From contig NZ_JBATUX010000021.1 of the NCBI RefSeq assembly GCF_049671445.1, forward strand, positions 17,906 through 81,905: a stretch of 64,000 bases of DNA, written 5' to 3'. Under the pieces are notes generated by a model. The model was not told the origin of the DNA, did not search any database, and worked only from the letters and a program-made list of their open reading frames with translations. Both the position numbers and the translations under genes were made by a program. This document shows, in pieces, positions 34,466 to 44,657 of this stretch. The first letter of the stretch is position 1. Each line of letters starts with the position of its first letter. The DNA is from Paenisporosarcina sp. (GTDB taxonomy: Bacteria > Bacillota > Bacilli > Bacillales_A > Planococcaceae).

Positions 34466-35428
34466 GTGATTTTTATAGACGAAACTCGGGAAATACCTCA
34501 TTCACTTATTGTTTACCAAAGGCTACTTCAACGTGTACCGATTGGTCATCCGCTTTACTTAGAAATAGAGACTAGAATTAATAGAATTCGAGCAGGATTT
34601 AACGGAGAAACTTATGTAGATCATTTTTTAAAGAATATAGAATTTCCATGCGATTATATCATTTTTAAAGATATAAATTTAAAGACTTCCCCAAGGTCAA
34701 AGACTCAAATAGATACTTTAATTATCACCTCTAAATTTATATGCATCTTAGAAATAAAAGCGATTAAAGGTAAAATAGCATTTCAGCAAAACCCAGCTCA
34801 GCTAATACGTGAAGTAGATGGAATTCATACTCCTCTTAAGTGTCCTGAAGAACAGTTGAAACGGCATGAAAGAAAGCTCGCGTTTTGGATGAAATCAAAT
34901 AATATTGATTTACCTATTAGAAGTTTCATTGTACTTGCATTTTCAAAAACACTTGTAAGCTTGCCCCCAAAATACTCAAAAATTATAATGGGCTGTGATA
35001 TAAGCTCCTATATCGAGGATTTATTTGAATTACCGAATATTATATCTCAAACCCCATTTACCCAACTGGTTAAAAAAGTGAGACAAGCTCAAACAAGCTT
35101 TTCCCCCATCCCACTAGTAAATATAATCCCAATTGAAGATTCCATTATAAAAAAAGGTCTTATATGTCCCAAATGCTCGCGAAATATTGGGAATCTGTAC
35201 AAATGCCCAACTTGTAAAATATCTAGAAGAGTGATAATTGCTAATGCTATTGAAGATTGGTTTTATTTGATGAAGAATACAATAACGAATAATGAATGTA
35301 TAAATTTTCTCGGGTTAAAAGATAAGACATCTGCAGCACACATTTTAAGCAGGTCAAAACTGTTTCCAAAAAACAACGGACGTTATAGGTACTATCAATT
35401 AACTGATGATGAGACTCCTTCGACTTGA
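34466..35428 (+). CDS. NERD (nuclease-related domain) protein with C-terminal zinc ribbon
   Basis: 320 aa. The N-terminal half has the NERD pattern (GETYVDHFL ... QIDTLIITSKFICILEIKAIKG). CPKCSRNIGNLYKCPTCK is a zinc ribbon. The start codon is uncertain (GTG abuts AAGGAG). Confidence 0.75.
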   Translation: MIFIDETREIPHSLIVYQRLLQRVPIGHPLYLEIETRINRIRAGFNGETYVDHFLKNIEFPCDYIIFKDINLKTSPRSKTQIDTLIITSKFICILEIKAIKGKIAFQQNPAQLIREVDGIHTPLKCPEEQLKRHERKLAFWMKSNNIDLPIRSFIVLAFSKTLVSLPPKYSKIIMGCDISSYIEDLFELPNIISQTPFTQLVKKVRQAQTSFSPIPLVNIIPIEDSIIKKGLICPKCSRNIGNLYKCPTCKISRRVIIANAIEDWFYLMKNTITNNECINFLGLKDKTSAAHILSRSKLFPKNNGRYRYYQLTDDETPST

Positions 35429-35712
35429 GTAAATTGGCGGCATTTCGTCAACCTACGGAGCTTCTCCGTTAACCTGGAACAATTTGAAGAGTTCAGTAGA
35501 TGATGAAACTACTCCGAATTGAGTTAGTTGACGTATTTTGTACAACCTGGAGCGCCACTTCGTCAACCTGGAGCGCTACTTCGTCAACCTGGAACGCCAC
35601 TTCGTCAACCTGGAGCAATTTGAAGAGTCAGTAGATGATGAGACTCCTCCGACTTGAGTGAGTTGGCGGCATTTTGTACAACCTGGTGAGCTACTTCGTC
35701 AACCTGGAGCAA
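35429..35712. repeat. Family-a repeat array downstream of the NERD gene
   Basis: Same cap, 21-mer and gene-end-module organisation. Includes three consecutive 21-mers at 35551-35613. Confidence 0.9.
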
Positions 35713-35723
35713 CTCATACTCAC

Positions 35724-35757
35724 AAAAATACCCTCACAAGCAAAAGCTTGTGAGGGT
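35724..35757 (-). terminator. Intrinsic terminator after degU
   Basis: ACCCTCACAAGC / AAAA / GCTTGTGAGGGT with a plus-strand A-run on the left. Confidence 0.8.
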
Positions 35758-35774
35758 TAATCGTAATATTTGTA

Positions 35775-36449
35775 TTAACGTACTTCAACCCAACCATTTT
35801 TAATAGCTGTAACTACGGCTTGTGTACGGTCATTTACATTCATTTTTTGAAGAATGCTAGATACGTGGTTTTTTACTGTTTTTTCAGAGATAAACAACGT
35901 TTCACCAATCATGCGGTTACTTTGTCCATCAGTTAATAACTGTAAAACTTCACATTCGCGTTTTGTTAATAAGTGGAAAGGACGACGAATTTCTGATTGA
36001 TGGAAAGTTCCTTTGTTTTCGCGCTCACTTAAACGACGGAATTCCGACACTAAATTACGTGTCACTTTTGGATGTAAATAAGATCCACCAGCAGCAACAA
36101 CTTTAATAGCTTGGATGATTGCGTCTGCATCCATTTCTTTTAACATATAGCCAAGTGCTCCTGTTTTCAAAGCGTGCATGACATACGATTCATCGTCATG
36201 AATAGACAACATGATAACTTTGGCTTCTGGATATTTCGCCATCAGTTCACCAGTTGCTTCAACACCATTTTTACGTGGCATATTGATATCCATCAAGATT
36301 ACTTCAGGTACGTATTGTTCATATAAACTTAATGCATCGCTTCCGTCATCGCCTTCAGCTATTACATCAAATGAATCTTCGAAATCTAATATTCTTTTAA
36401 CACCTTCACGGAATAATTGGTGGTCGTCAATGATTACAATTTTCGTCAT
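35775..36449 (-). CDS. degU: Two-component response regulator DegU (NarL/LuxR family)
   Basis: ORF 35775-36500, start trimmed to ATG 36449 (AGGAGG 9 nt upstream). Near-colinear with B. subtilis DegU ([21 protein letters not shown] ... [16 protein letters not shown]). Confidence 0.95.
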   Translation of the reverse strand: MTKIVIIDDHQLFREGVKRILDFEDSFDVIAEGDDGSDALSLYEQYVPEVILMDINMPRKNGVEATGELMAKYPEAKVIMLSIHDDESYVMHALKTGALGYMLKEMDADAIIQAIKVVAAGGSYLHPKVTRNLVSEFRRLSERENKGTFHQSEIRRPFHLLTKRECEVLQLLTDGQSNRMIGETLFISEKTVKNHVSSILQKMNVNDRTQAVVTAIKNGWVEVR

Positions 36450-36480
36450 CGTCATTTTCCTCCTAGTATATAAGACAAGC

Positions 36481-37635
36481 TTATTTCTGTTGTTCCTCAA
36501 TTAAGGGAATTTGAAACTTCATAGTCGTTCCTTTACCGATAGAGGATTTAACAATCATTTCACCCTTCAATAAATCGACCCGTTCTTGCATCCCAATCAT
36601 ACCGAAAGATTTATCTCGAACTAAACGTTTATCAAATCCTGTCCCATTATCTTTTACAGTGACAGTTACCAATTCAGGAGTCCATTCAACATCCACCCAT
36701 ATGTTTTGAGATTTACCATGTTTCGTCGCATTCGTTACAGATTCTTGAATTAAACGGAAAATAGCAACTTCAAAATTGGTTAAGAGTCTTCGTTGAGCTC
36801 CATGTGAACGGAAATATATTTGGCAACCCGTATTATATTCTTCGATAGTCATTAAGTATTTTTTGAGGGTAGGCACTAATCCTAAGTCGTCTAATGCCAT
36901 GGGTCTTAAATCGTAAATAATTCGGCGCACTTCTGATAGTGCATTACGAACCATTAGTTTTAAACTAGATATTTCAAGTAATGCCTTATCTACACCCTTT
37001 TCCCGATATGTTCGTTCAATTAAATCTGAACGCACTAACACATTAGCCATCATTTGAGCTGGGCCATCGTGTATTTCTCGAGATAAACGTTTGCGTTCTT
37101 CTTCTTGTGCTTCAATAATTTTCATGCTGAAATCTTGCTTTAACTTCGCTGTTTCTAGAGCTTGTCCCACATTTTTCAAATCGGATGTTAGATAGTTAGT
37201 TACTACATTCGCTTGCGTAACGAGTTGGTCCGCATGCAAAATTGCATCGTTCAAATCATTTAAACGACGTACTAAATCATCTCGACGTTCCTGCAATTGG
37301 CGATCTTCAGTTCGATTAATCGAAAGTTTAATTTGCAAATCGTTAGCGTGTTCATAAGCTTCCCGCACCTGCTCTTCTGTGAACGTGTTAAAATGCTTAG
37401 AGACATCTCCTAAACGTTTTCGGGATAACCGAGTCTCTTCAATAAGCAAATCACCTTCAATAAAAACATCTGCTAACTTCGAGTGAACAATTTCCAATTC
37501 TTTTTGCATTTGAATTAAGCTATGTCGATTTTGTTCACTTATAATGAAGATATCATTTTTAGAACGGTTCATTGTTTCAACCATTTGACTAAATATATAA
37601 TCAAGTGAATTGATATCTACCTTTTTACCAGACAT
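36481..37635 (-). CDS. degS: Cytoplasmic sensor histidine kinase DegS
   Basis: 384 aa with no TM segment. N-terminal DegS-specific coiled coil, HisKA_3 H-box (REIHDGPAQ) and HATPase_c. Confidence 0.93.
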   Translation of the reverse strand: MSGKKVDINSLDYIFSQMVETMNRSKNDIFIISEQNRHSLIQMQKELEIVHSKLADVFIEGDLLIEETRLSRKRLGDVSKHFNTFTEEQVREAYEHANDLQIKLSINRTEDRQLQERRDDLVRRLNDLNDAILHADQLVTQANVVTNYLTSDLKNVGQALETAKLKQDFSMKIIEAQEEERKRLSREIHDGPAQMMANVLVRSDLIERTYREKGVDKALLEISSLKLMVRNALSEVRRIIYDLRPMALDDLGLVPTLKKYLMTIEEYNTGCQIYFRSHGAQRRLLTNFEVAIFRLIQESVTNATKHGKSQNIWVDVEWTPELVTVTVKDNGTGFDKRLVRDKSFGMIGMQERVDLLKGEMIVKSSIGKGTTMKFQIPLIEEQQK

Positions 37636-37813
37636 CAGGTATTCTCCTTTTCGAGCAACATTCTGATGAATGACGTTGCATTCATTTCACTCTCTATTAC
37701 TTATACGTCATATATGCCAATTATCCTGCAATGACTGCATTTATTATATCACTATATACACAATTTAATATTAAAATTGCGTGACAACTAGATTTCAAAA
37801 GGAGTGTTAAATT

Positions 37814-38446
37814 TTGAGAAAAGATTACCTAACAGTTAAAGGATTCGGCGAATCAGAAATAATTATTCAAAAATCGCGCTTCCTTACCTATATAAACCGT
37901 GTAGAGTCAGAACAACAAGCTCAAGCCTTTATCGAAGAAATAAAAGCAAAACATAAATCAGCCAACCATAATTGTTCAGCCTATTTAATTGGAGAACATG
38001 ATTCCATACAAAAAGCGAATGATGATGGTGAACCGAGTGGAACTGCTGGTTTTCCAATGCTTGAAGTATTAAAAAAGCAAGGTTTAAAAGACACTGTTGT
38101 CGTCGTAACCAGATATTTTGGCGGTATTAAATTAGGTGGTGGTGGCTTAATCCGAGCTTACGGGAAAGCAACCACAGAAGGCTTAATGGCCGCACAGATT
38201 GTAGAGAGACGTCTTCACCACTTAATGAAAGTATCTGTCGATTATACGTGGTTAGGAAAAGTCGAAAACGAAATAAGGACTTCAGCGTATCCGCTTGATC
38301 GCATTGATTATGCAGAAGCTGTCGAATTATTTCTATATGTGCCTATTAATATGGAAGAAACTTTTAATGACTGGATTGCAGAAATGACGAATGGCCAAGC
38401 GATTGTGGTACCTCAAACACAAGATTTCATCGAATTTGACACATGA
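37814..38446 (+). CDS. yvyE: IMPACT/UPF0029-family protein (YvyE-like)
   Basis: 210 aa with a TTG start and AAGGAG RBS. Motif HNCSAYLIG...DDGEPSGTAG. Divergent from degSU as in B. subtilis. Confidence 0.82.
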   Translation: MRKDYLTVKGFGESEIIIQKSRFLTYINRVESEQQAQAFIEEIKAKHKSANHNCSAYLIGEHDSIQKANDDGEPSGTAGFPMLEVLKKQGLKDTVVVVTRYFGGIKLGGGGLIRAYGKATTEGLMAAQIVERRLHHLMKVSVDYTWLGKVENEIRTSAYPLDRIDYAEAVELFLYVPINMEETFNDWIAEMTNGQAIVVPQTQDFIEFDT

Positions 38447-38578
38447 ATGTAATAATCTTTTCCTTTTACGATTTGGGGAAAGCATTGTATAATGAGGAGT
38501 GCTGTAGTTCTTTGAAAATCTATTTTCATAGCTCAGTATTGAATGTGTAGGGTCATTCCTGCTTAAAGGAGAATCCAA

Positions 38579-39688
38579 ATGAATCGTAGACAGTTTAGAA
38601 CAACTCGAGATTATTCAACAAATAATCCACCGAAAAAATCAAAAAACAAATCATTAATTTTAAAAATCTCACTTTTATTCATAGCATCAATTCTTATATC
38701 TGTAACTGCTTATGGCATATTCTTAATGAAAAAAGCAGAAAGTGCAGCTGATCGCTCTTTAGAAATCACAGAGCGAGAGAAATCCAGTCTTCGTGATGAA
38801 AAAGTTGAACCTTTAGAAGATAATATTTCCATTCTATTCATGGGTGTTGATGACAGTTCAGAACGTGACCAAGGAGCGAATACTCGATCGGATGCTTTAA
38901 TTGTTGCTACATTAAATAATGAAAGTAAAACTATAAAAATGTTAAGTATTCCTAGAGATTCTTATGTGTATATTCCTGAAGTTGGATACAAGGATAAAAT
39001 TAATCATGCATATGCTTATGGTGAAACAGAAGCCACACTGGATACAGTGGAAACTCTTCTTGATATACCGATTGATTATTATGTGAAAATGAACTTTGAT
39101 GCTTTCATTGATATCGTCGATTCTCTTGGAGGAATTGAAGCCGATGTTCCTTACACTTTAATGGAACTTGATTCGGAAGATAACAGAACGATTAATCTTC
39201 AACCCGGTTATCAAACATTAAACGGTGCTGAAGCTTTAGCCCTTGCTCGAACTCGAAAACAAGATAATGATATCGAACGAGGTAAACGTCAACAACAAAT
39301 ATTGGAAGCAATCATGGAAAAAACAGTTTCAGCCTCTTCCTTTACTAAGTACGGAGATTTAATCGATGCGGTTGGAGATAATATGAAAACCAACATGACC
39401 TTTACAGAAATGAAATCGATGTTCGAATATGGTAAAGACGGAATGCCTTCCATAGAAAAACTGAATTTGTTAGGTTATGACGATCAAAGTACGGGTGTTT
39501 ATTACTATCAATTAGATGAACCAAACCTTTTAGAAATTAAAGCGAAAATGCAAAGCCATTTAGATTATCAACATAATGCATCTGAGTTCACCTCAGGAGA
39601 AGATGCCTCTATTAATTCTTCAGAATCAGATGGAAGTCATAGTCATAATGAGGAATATGATCAAAATGACACAAGTAACCAGCCTTAA
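38579..39688 (+). CDS. LytR-CpsA-Psr (LCP) family cell-wall polymer ligase
   Basis: 369 aa. N-terminal TM and LCP core (ILFMGVDDS...RSDALIVATLN...SIPRDSYV...INHAYAYG). Acidic/Ser-rich tail. Confidence 0.9.
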   Translation: MNRRQFRTTRDYSTNNPPKKSKNKSLILKISLLFIASILISVTAYGIFLMKKAESAADRSLEITEREKSSLRDEKVEPLEDNISILFMGVDDSSERDQGANTRSDALIVATLNNESKTIKMLSIPRDSYVYIPEVGYKDKINHAYAYGETEATLDTVETLLDIPIDYYVKMNFDAFIDIVDSLGGIEADVPYTLMELDSEDNRTINLQPGYQTLNGAEALALARTRKQDNDIERGKRQQQILEAIMEKTVSASSFTKYGDLIDAVGDNMKTNMTFTEMKSMFEYGKDGMPSIEKLNLLGYDDQSTGVYYYQLDEPNLLEIKAKMQSHLDYQHNASEFTSGEDASINSSESDGSHSHNEEYDQNDTSNQP

Positions 39689-39703
39689 TCGGCTGGTTTT
39701 TTT
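39677..39703 (+). terminator. Intrinsic terminator of the LCP gene
   Basis: AACCAGCC / TTAATC / GGCTGGTT followed by TTTTT. Overlaps the stop codon. Confidence 0.8.
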
Positions 39704-39707
39704 GTAC

Positions 39708-39743
39708 AAAAAAACTCCACATTCATCACTGAATGTGGAGTTT
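39708..39743 (-). terminator. Intrinsic terminator of the S8 protease gene
   Basis: A-run, CTCCACATTC / ATCACT / GAATGTGGAG. Confidence 0.8.
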
Positions 39744-39753
39744 AGAAGTTAGA

Positions 39754-42700
39754 TTAATTCCCTAGATATTTATCAAGTTCAGCCAAGATGCTATTAGGTA
39801 CTGCTTTCTCTCCACCTAATACATCAACGTATTCAACACCCAAGTCTTGTAAATGTTCACCAAGTTCTGGTGAAACTTTTTTACCAACGATATAAACACC
39901 GCTGCCATCTTTAGCTGCTAATACTCCACCAGCTAAAGCATCTGCGAAGTTCGTACCAGTTGAAACATAAACGCTCTTCGTGTCATCTGCAAAGAACTTA
40001 GAAACAGCAACTGAAGTTGCATAACGGTCTTTTCCTGAGATACGGTGAGCTTTAGGTAACGCTTTGAATACACTATCATTTATAGCTCCAATACCACCGA
40101 TAACGTAAGACATCTCTACGCTAGCTTTAGCTAAAGCATCTTTTGTAGCAGCTGGTAAAGCTTTATCACGAGTTAATAGGATTGGCATTCCTTGCTCAGC
40201 CGCATAGCTTGAAACTGACAATGCATCCGGGAAGTTTAAGCCACTTGCTATTACAGCAGTATCGAATTTACCGAATTTGCTAGCAATTTTCGCTGCAGTT
40301 TCATAACGGTCTTTTCCTGAAATACGCTCAACTTTAATTCCAGATTGAGTTAGTTTAGCTACAACTTCTTTAGAAATTGCACCTTCTCCACCAAGAACAA
40401 CCACTTTAGAAGCACCTAAGCGCTTGATTTCATCATAAGTAAATGCAGGTAGTGAAGTTGATTTAGATAACAACAATGGTCCACCTAAGTGATGAGCTAA
40501 TGGAACACCAGCTAATGCGTCAGCGTATTGATCGCCACGAGCAAGAACTACTGTTTCTGCAGAATCCCATCCTTCTTTACTTACTTTCACCGCTGTTTCA
40601 TATCGATCTGCTCCTGAAATACGTTCAGCACGTAACTCTGATGCAGAGCGTTCAACTTTAACTTCTTTCGTAACTTTATTTCCTGCAGCATCTTCAACAA
40701 CTACATTGAATGTATTTACACCTTTAGCTAAATCAACAGATACTGCTACTTTTTCATCCGTAGGTGTAAGGAATTTCGTTTCATCAATGAATTCACGATT
40801 AAAGACAACATCTCCATCCACAGTTACTTTAGCAGCGTTAAAGTTATCTTTAACAAATACATTGAAATCTAATTTCGTAACATCATTATTTACTACCGAT
40901 GGAGCGTCATGACCAACAGTTGGTGCTGTAGAGTCAACATAGATAGGACGAGCTATTTCAAATGCGTTGCCATTTACATCTACTGCTTTGATCTTAATGT
41001 TTTTGTATCCATCAGTAGTAAAGGCTACAGTTGTTTCGAAATTGTAAACTTTTTTCACTGCGTCATAAGTAAACGCAACATCTTTTCCTTCAACAGTTAG
41101 AGAAGCAAGAGCTTCATCCTGCACAGTACCTTTTACTAATACATTTTTTGTATTGTAAAGACCTAATGCAGAAGGTGTCGCATCGCCTAGGAAAATAATA
41201 GGCAAGTTATCATCGCCAATTACGTTTCCTTCATAACCAACATTGTATGCGTGATCGACAGGTACTACATCAATAGATTTTACATCTTTTGCTTCATAAC
41301 CATAGTCACCTAAGTTAACTTCTGTTTTAGATGCATCTAGATACGTTTTGCCAGTTACATCTACACCATTGATGTAAAGTGCATAGAATGCAGTACCGAC
41401 ACCTTCATCAGCAAATTTGAAATTAGCTAGGTTTGTTCCAGCGTTATATGAAATTTCTGCAGTTGGAGCAACTGTATCTACATAAACTGGTAGTTTAGTT
41501 GACTGCCATTCAGCATTTTCATAGTCCACTTTAGCTTTAAGCTCATAATGGTATAAACCATCTGCAACTGTTTCATTTTTAACTTTACCATCCCAAATAC
41601 GAGACTCTTTGTAAGAGTACCAGCTACCATTTCCGGCATTGTAGTAGTTTTTACGAACATCTTGTTCTTTATTAACTGAACGTAATTGATTCGTACCAGT
41701 GCTATCTAATACATTTGTTTCAAATTCTTTTGCGTTACGTAGTAAAGATGGCAATGCAAGAACATCTTCCAAAATTCCATCGTTATTTGGAGACATTACA
41801 TATACTTGTTTCCCATCCACTTCAATTGTATCTTGGAAATAGTTACCTTTATCAGTTAACATATTAGAGAATTTATTTAAATCGAATAGGTATTGATAGA
41901 ACTTATCGTCACCTTCAAAATCGTCTACGATCGCAGGACGGTCCCACTCACCATAGAAGCCGATATATGGAACAACTAAATCAGGGTTTGTTACATCTTT
42001 ACTGTTGAATTTCAAGAAACCTTCAACAAATACGTCTTGTTCGATTGCTTTGAAAATGTCTTCACCATCATTGTTAAGTCCTGGAACTTTAGCGTCTGTT
42101 AAATCGATTGTAACCGTAACATCCACTTTCCCATTTGCAGGAACTGTAACTGTTTCTGGTGCAGATACTTTCACGTCTTTTAAGTCACCAGACTGTAATT
42201 GGTTATAGACAGTTTCGCCATACTCTTCGAATCTATCAGCAAGTACTGAAGTGTCTACATCATACTCAACAGCTTTATCTGTTAAGTTTTCAGCTGTAAC
42301 TGTCATAGAGAATGTTTTGCTTTGGAAATCTTTAACGTTTACTTTTGCTTCTCCAGTAGTTTTATCCGTTACGACAACTGGTGTATTAACAGCAGCAAAC
42401 AATTGCATCATACCTGCACCTTGACGTCGAGGAGAAACTTCTTTGCCGTCTAAACCTGTTGTAATATCAGCAGTGTTCATTAATAACTTTTTAGCCAAAC
42501 GTGTACGTTGATCAGCTGTATAACCGTCAAAACGCGCATCACCTTTAAGGTATTGTTGAATTAACGCTGCTCCACCTGCAACGTGTGGCGCCGCCATTGA
42601 CGTACCGCTCATAACCGTATATTTATCGTCATTTACTGTTGAGTAAATATTTCCACCTGGAGCTGAAAGTTCTGGTTTGAACTCTAAGTCTGGTGTTACT

Positions 42701-44403
42701 CCCCATGAAGTAAAGTCAGTTGAACGGCCTACTTCTGGATTTTCTTTTTTATCAGTTTGATCTACACCTAAAGTAACAGAACCACCATCTTTAAGAACTT
42801 CTTCAAGTGCTAAACCTTCAGCACGTGTTGATTTCATAAATGGAATATCCCAGCCACCTTGGTCTTTGTAGAACACTGTAGATGTTGAGTTATATACAAC
42901 GATTCCTGCCGCACCAGCTGCTGCAGCATTAATTGTTTTATCGACAAATGTGTGTACTCCACGTTCTACAAGTACAACTTTGCCTTTAACATCGATTCCA
43001 TCGTAATCTGATTTAGCTCCTAATGCAGATTGATTTCCTGTTAACCCTTTCAAACTTACAACTTCTACTTCACCAAGTTTTGTCCAATCATCTACACCGT
43101 AACCAGTGATTGATTGTCCTTCACCTGTTAATTTATGAGTAAACTCATAAACTAAGTTTCCTGTTGCTGCAACTTGAACTGTATCTTTGTTTAATCCAGG
43201 AGAGCCTACTAAACCATAGTCAGGATTTTGATAATGTGGATTGTCAAAGCCATAACCGATAGTACCTGAGTTACCCGCTGAAACAGATGCCACAATTCCA
43301 TTTGCAACTGCTTTAGAAATCGCTAAATCTTCTGCACTGTTTTCTTCATAGAAAGAAGATGTTGAACCTAAACTCATGTTCAATACATCTGCACCTAATT
43401 TAACTGCATCATCAATAGCCGCTAAGTAAATATCAGAGAATGTCGATGGGAAGTTCGGGTCATTACTGAAAACTTTCATGCCTAGTAGTTGAGATTCTGG
43501 TGCAACCCCTTTGATACCACCGTTAGTCGTATCTCCGTTTGCTCCAACAGTTCCTGCTACGTGCATACCATGCATAGATGCATCAGGACCAAGATCCTTG
43601 ATCGTATCATTTTGATCATAGTAGTTATATGCAAAAGGAACTTTAGGCGTATAGAATTTACCAGTCAAACCTGAAGCTGTTACTTCAGCAGAAGTAAGTT
43701 CTCCTGAATCTGAATTAGTTAAAACAAAATCTTTGTGGTCTGGATCAATACCCGAATCGATTACGGCTACAATCATTCCTTCACCTTTATACTTAGCATC
43801 AGCCCAAGTTTGATAAGACTGAATAAAGTCATGACTTGTCGTCATATCTGGCGTAACTTGTGGTTTTTCGTACTCATTCGCTAAATAAACTTTTTTAACA
43901 TTTGGTAAACTTTCAATTTTCTTAACGTCAGCAAAGCGTACTTGTCCACTGAATCCGTTGAAAGTAGTTGTATAGTCAAATTGTGCATCGAAATCGATAC
44001 CTCGAGAAGAAATTGTGTTTTTTAATGTCTTATGAGTCTTTTTAAGACTTGAATCAATGTTTGCTTTTTCAGTAGAAGATAATTCTTTGTAAAGTAAACC
44101 TTTTCCAGTTGCAACTTCAACTGCAGAAGATCCCTCTACTTCGACAATAACTCGAACTTGATCATTTTCATTCAGATTAGCTTTCAAATCTTTGTTTTTT
44201 TCGAATTTCTTGTCGGCAAGTTGTTTCACAAGCTTCGCCTTTTCATTCGATAATACGTTTAGTACTTTCGCATCTTTTTCAAGATCAGTACTAGAATCTT
44301 TTGAATTAGTCTGTGCCGAGATAAAAGAAGCGTTACTAAGTACTAGGCCTGTTGCTAAGAATGTCGATAGATACTTTTTCCATGCTTTTGAACCAGTTGC
44401 CAA
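39754..44403 (-). CDS. Cell-envelope S8 subtilisin-family protease (PA-domain insert, Fn3/Ig-like spacer) with three C-terminal CWB2 cell-wall-binding repeats
   Basis: 1549 aa, TTG start with AGGGAGG RBS, signal peptide. Catalytic D (VAVIDSGIDPDH), H (HGMHVAGTV) and S (MSGTSMAAPHVAG). C-terminal 3 x (R)ISG(A/K)DRY(E/A)T...ADAL repeats. Confidence 0.9.
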   Translation of the reverse strand: MATGSKAWKKYLSTFLATGLVLSNASFISAQTNSKDSSTDLEKDAKVLNVLSNEKAKLVKQLADKKFEKNKDLKANLNENDQVRVIVEVEGSSAVEVATGKGLLYKELSSTEKANIDSSLKKTHKTLKNTISSRGIDFDAQFDYTTTFNGFSGQVRFADVKKIESLPNVKKVYLANEYEKPQVTPDMTTSHDFIQSYQTWADAKYKGEGMIVAVIDSGIDPDHKDFVLTNSDSGELTSAEVTASGLTGKFYTPKVPFAYNYYDQNDTIKDLGPDASMHGMHVAGTVGANGDTTNGGIKGVAPESQLLGMKVFSNDPNFPSTFSDIYLAAIDDAVKLGADVLNMSLGSTSSFYEENSAEDLAISKAVANGIVASVSAGNSGTIGYGFDNPHYQNPDYGLVGSPGLNKDTVQVAATGNLVYEFTHKLTGEGQSITGYGVDDWTKLGEVEVVSLKGLTGNQSALGAKSDYDGIDVKGKVVLVERGVHTFVDKTINAAAAGAAGIVVYNSTSTVFYKDQGGWDIPFMKSTRAEGLALEEVLKDGGSVTLGVDQTDKKENPEVGRSTDFTSWGVTPDLEFKPELSAPGGNIYSTVNDDKYTVMSGTSMAAPHVAGGAALIQQYLKGDARFDGYTADQRTRLAKKLLMNTADITTGLDGKEVSPRRQGAGMMQLFAAVNTPVVVTDKTTGEAKVNVKDFQSKTFSMTVTAENLTDKAVEYDVDTSVLADRFEEYGETVYNQLQSGDLKDVKVSAPETVTVPANGKVDVTVTIDLTDAKVPGLNNDGEDIFKAIEQDVFVEGFLKFNSKDVTNPDLVVPYIGFYGEWDRPAIVDDFEGDDKFYQYLFDLNKFSNMLTDKGNYFQDTIEVDGKQVYVMSPNNDGILEDVLALPSLLRNAKEFETNVLDSTGTNQLRSVNKEQDVRKNYYNAGNGSWYSYKESRIWDGKVKNETVADGLYHYELKAKVDYENAEWQSTKLPVYVDTVAPTAEISYNAGTNLANFKFADEGVGTAFYALYINGVDVTGKTYLDASKTEVNLGDYGYEAKDVKSIDVVPVDHAYNVGYEGNVIGDDNLPIIFLGDATPSALGLYNTKNVLVKGTVQDEALASLTVEGKDVAFTYDAVKKVYNFETTVAFTTDGYKNIKIKAVDVNGNAFEIARPIYVDSTAPTVGHDAPSVVNNDVTKLDFNVFVKDNFNAAKVTVDGDVVFNREFIDETKFLTPTDEKVAVSVDLAKGVNTFNVVVEDAAGNKVTKEVKVERSASELRAERISGADRYETAVKVSKEGWDSAETVVLARGDQYADALAGVPLAHHLGGPLLLSKSTSLPAFTYDEIKRLGASKVVVLGGEGAISKEVVAKLTQSGIKVERISGKDRYETAAKIASKFGKFDTAVIASGLNFPDALSVSSYAAEQGMPILLTRDKALPAATKDALAKASVEMSYVIGGIGAINDSVFKALPKAHRISGKDRYATSVAVSKFFADDTKSVYVSTGTNFADALAGGVLAAKDGSGVYIVGKKVSPELGEHLQDLGVEYVDVLGGEKAVPNSILAELDKYLGN

Positions 44404-44657
44404 ACTTATTTCCTCCCTTTAATTACCTATTAACAGTAGAGAAACTAAAAGACTATTTATTCAGTTTAAATCTCTCTCCATGACAAATCATACCAAATGG
44501 ACCATATGAAGGTCAATAGATTTTTGATAATTTACTATATTCAAAATTTGGCTGTAATCAATGTGTAACGTTAATATTATAGTGTTAAACGGCGGAGTCT
44601 GTTAAAATCAACAATGGTGACTTGAAGGATTAAAGTATTTCGTTCGGAGTGAATTTA

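Noticed and set aside
1950-35712. CRISPR interpretation of the periodic arrays (1950-2213, 10018-10143, 23168-23270, 34087-34360, 35429-35712)
   Set aside because: The units are contiguous 20-22-mers with no unique spacers of about 30 bp between them. There are no cas genes in the window, and the repeats are too short.
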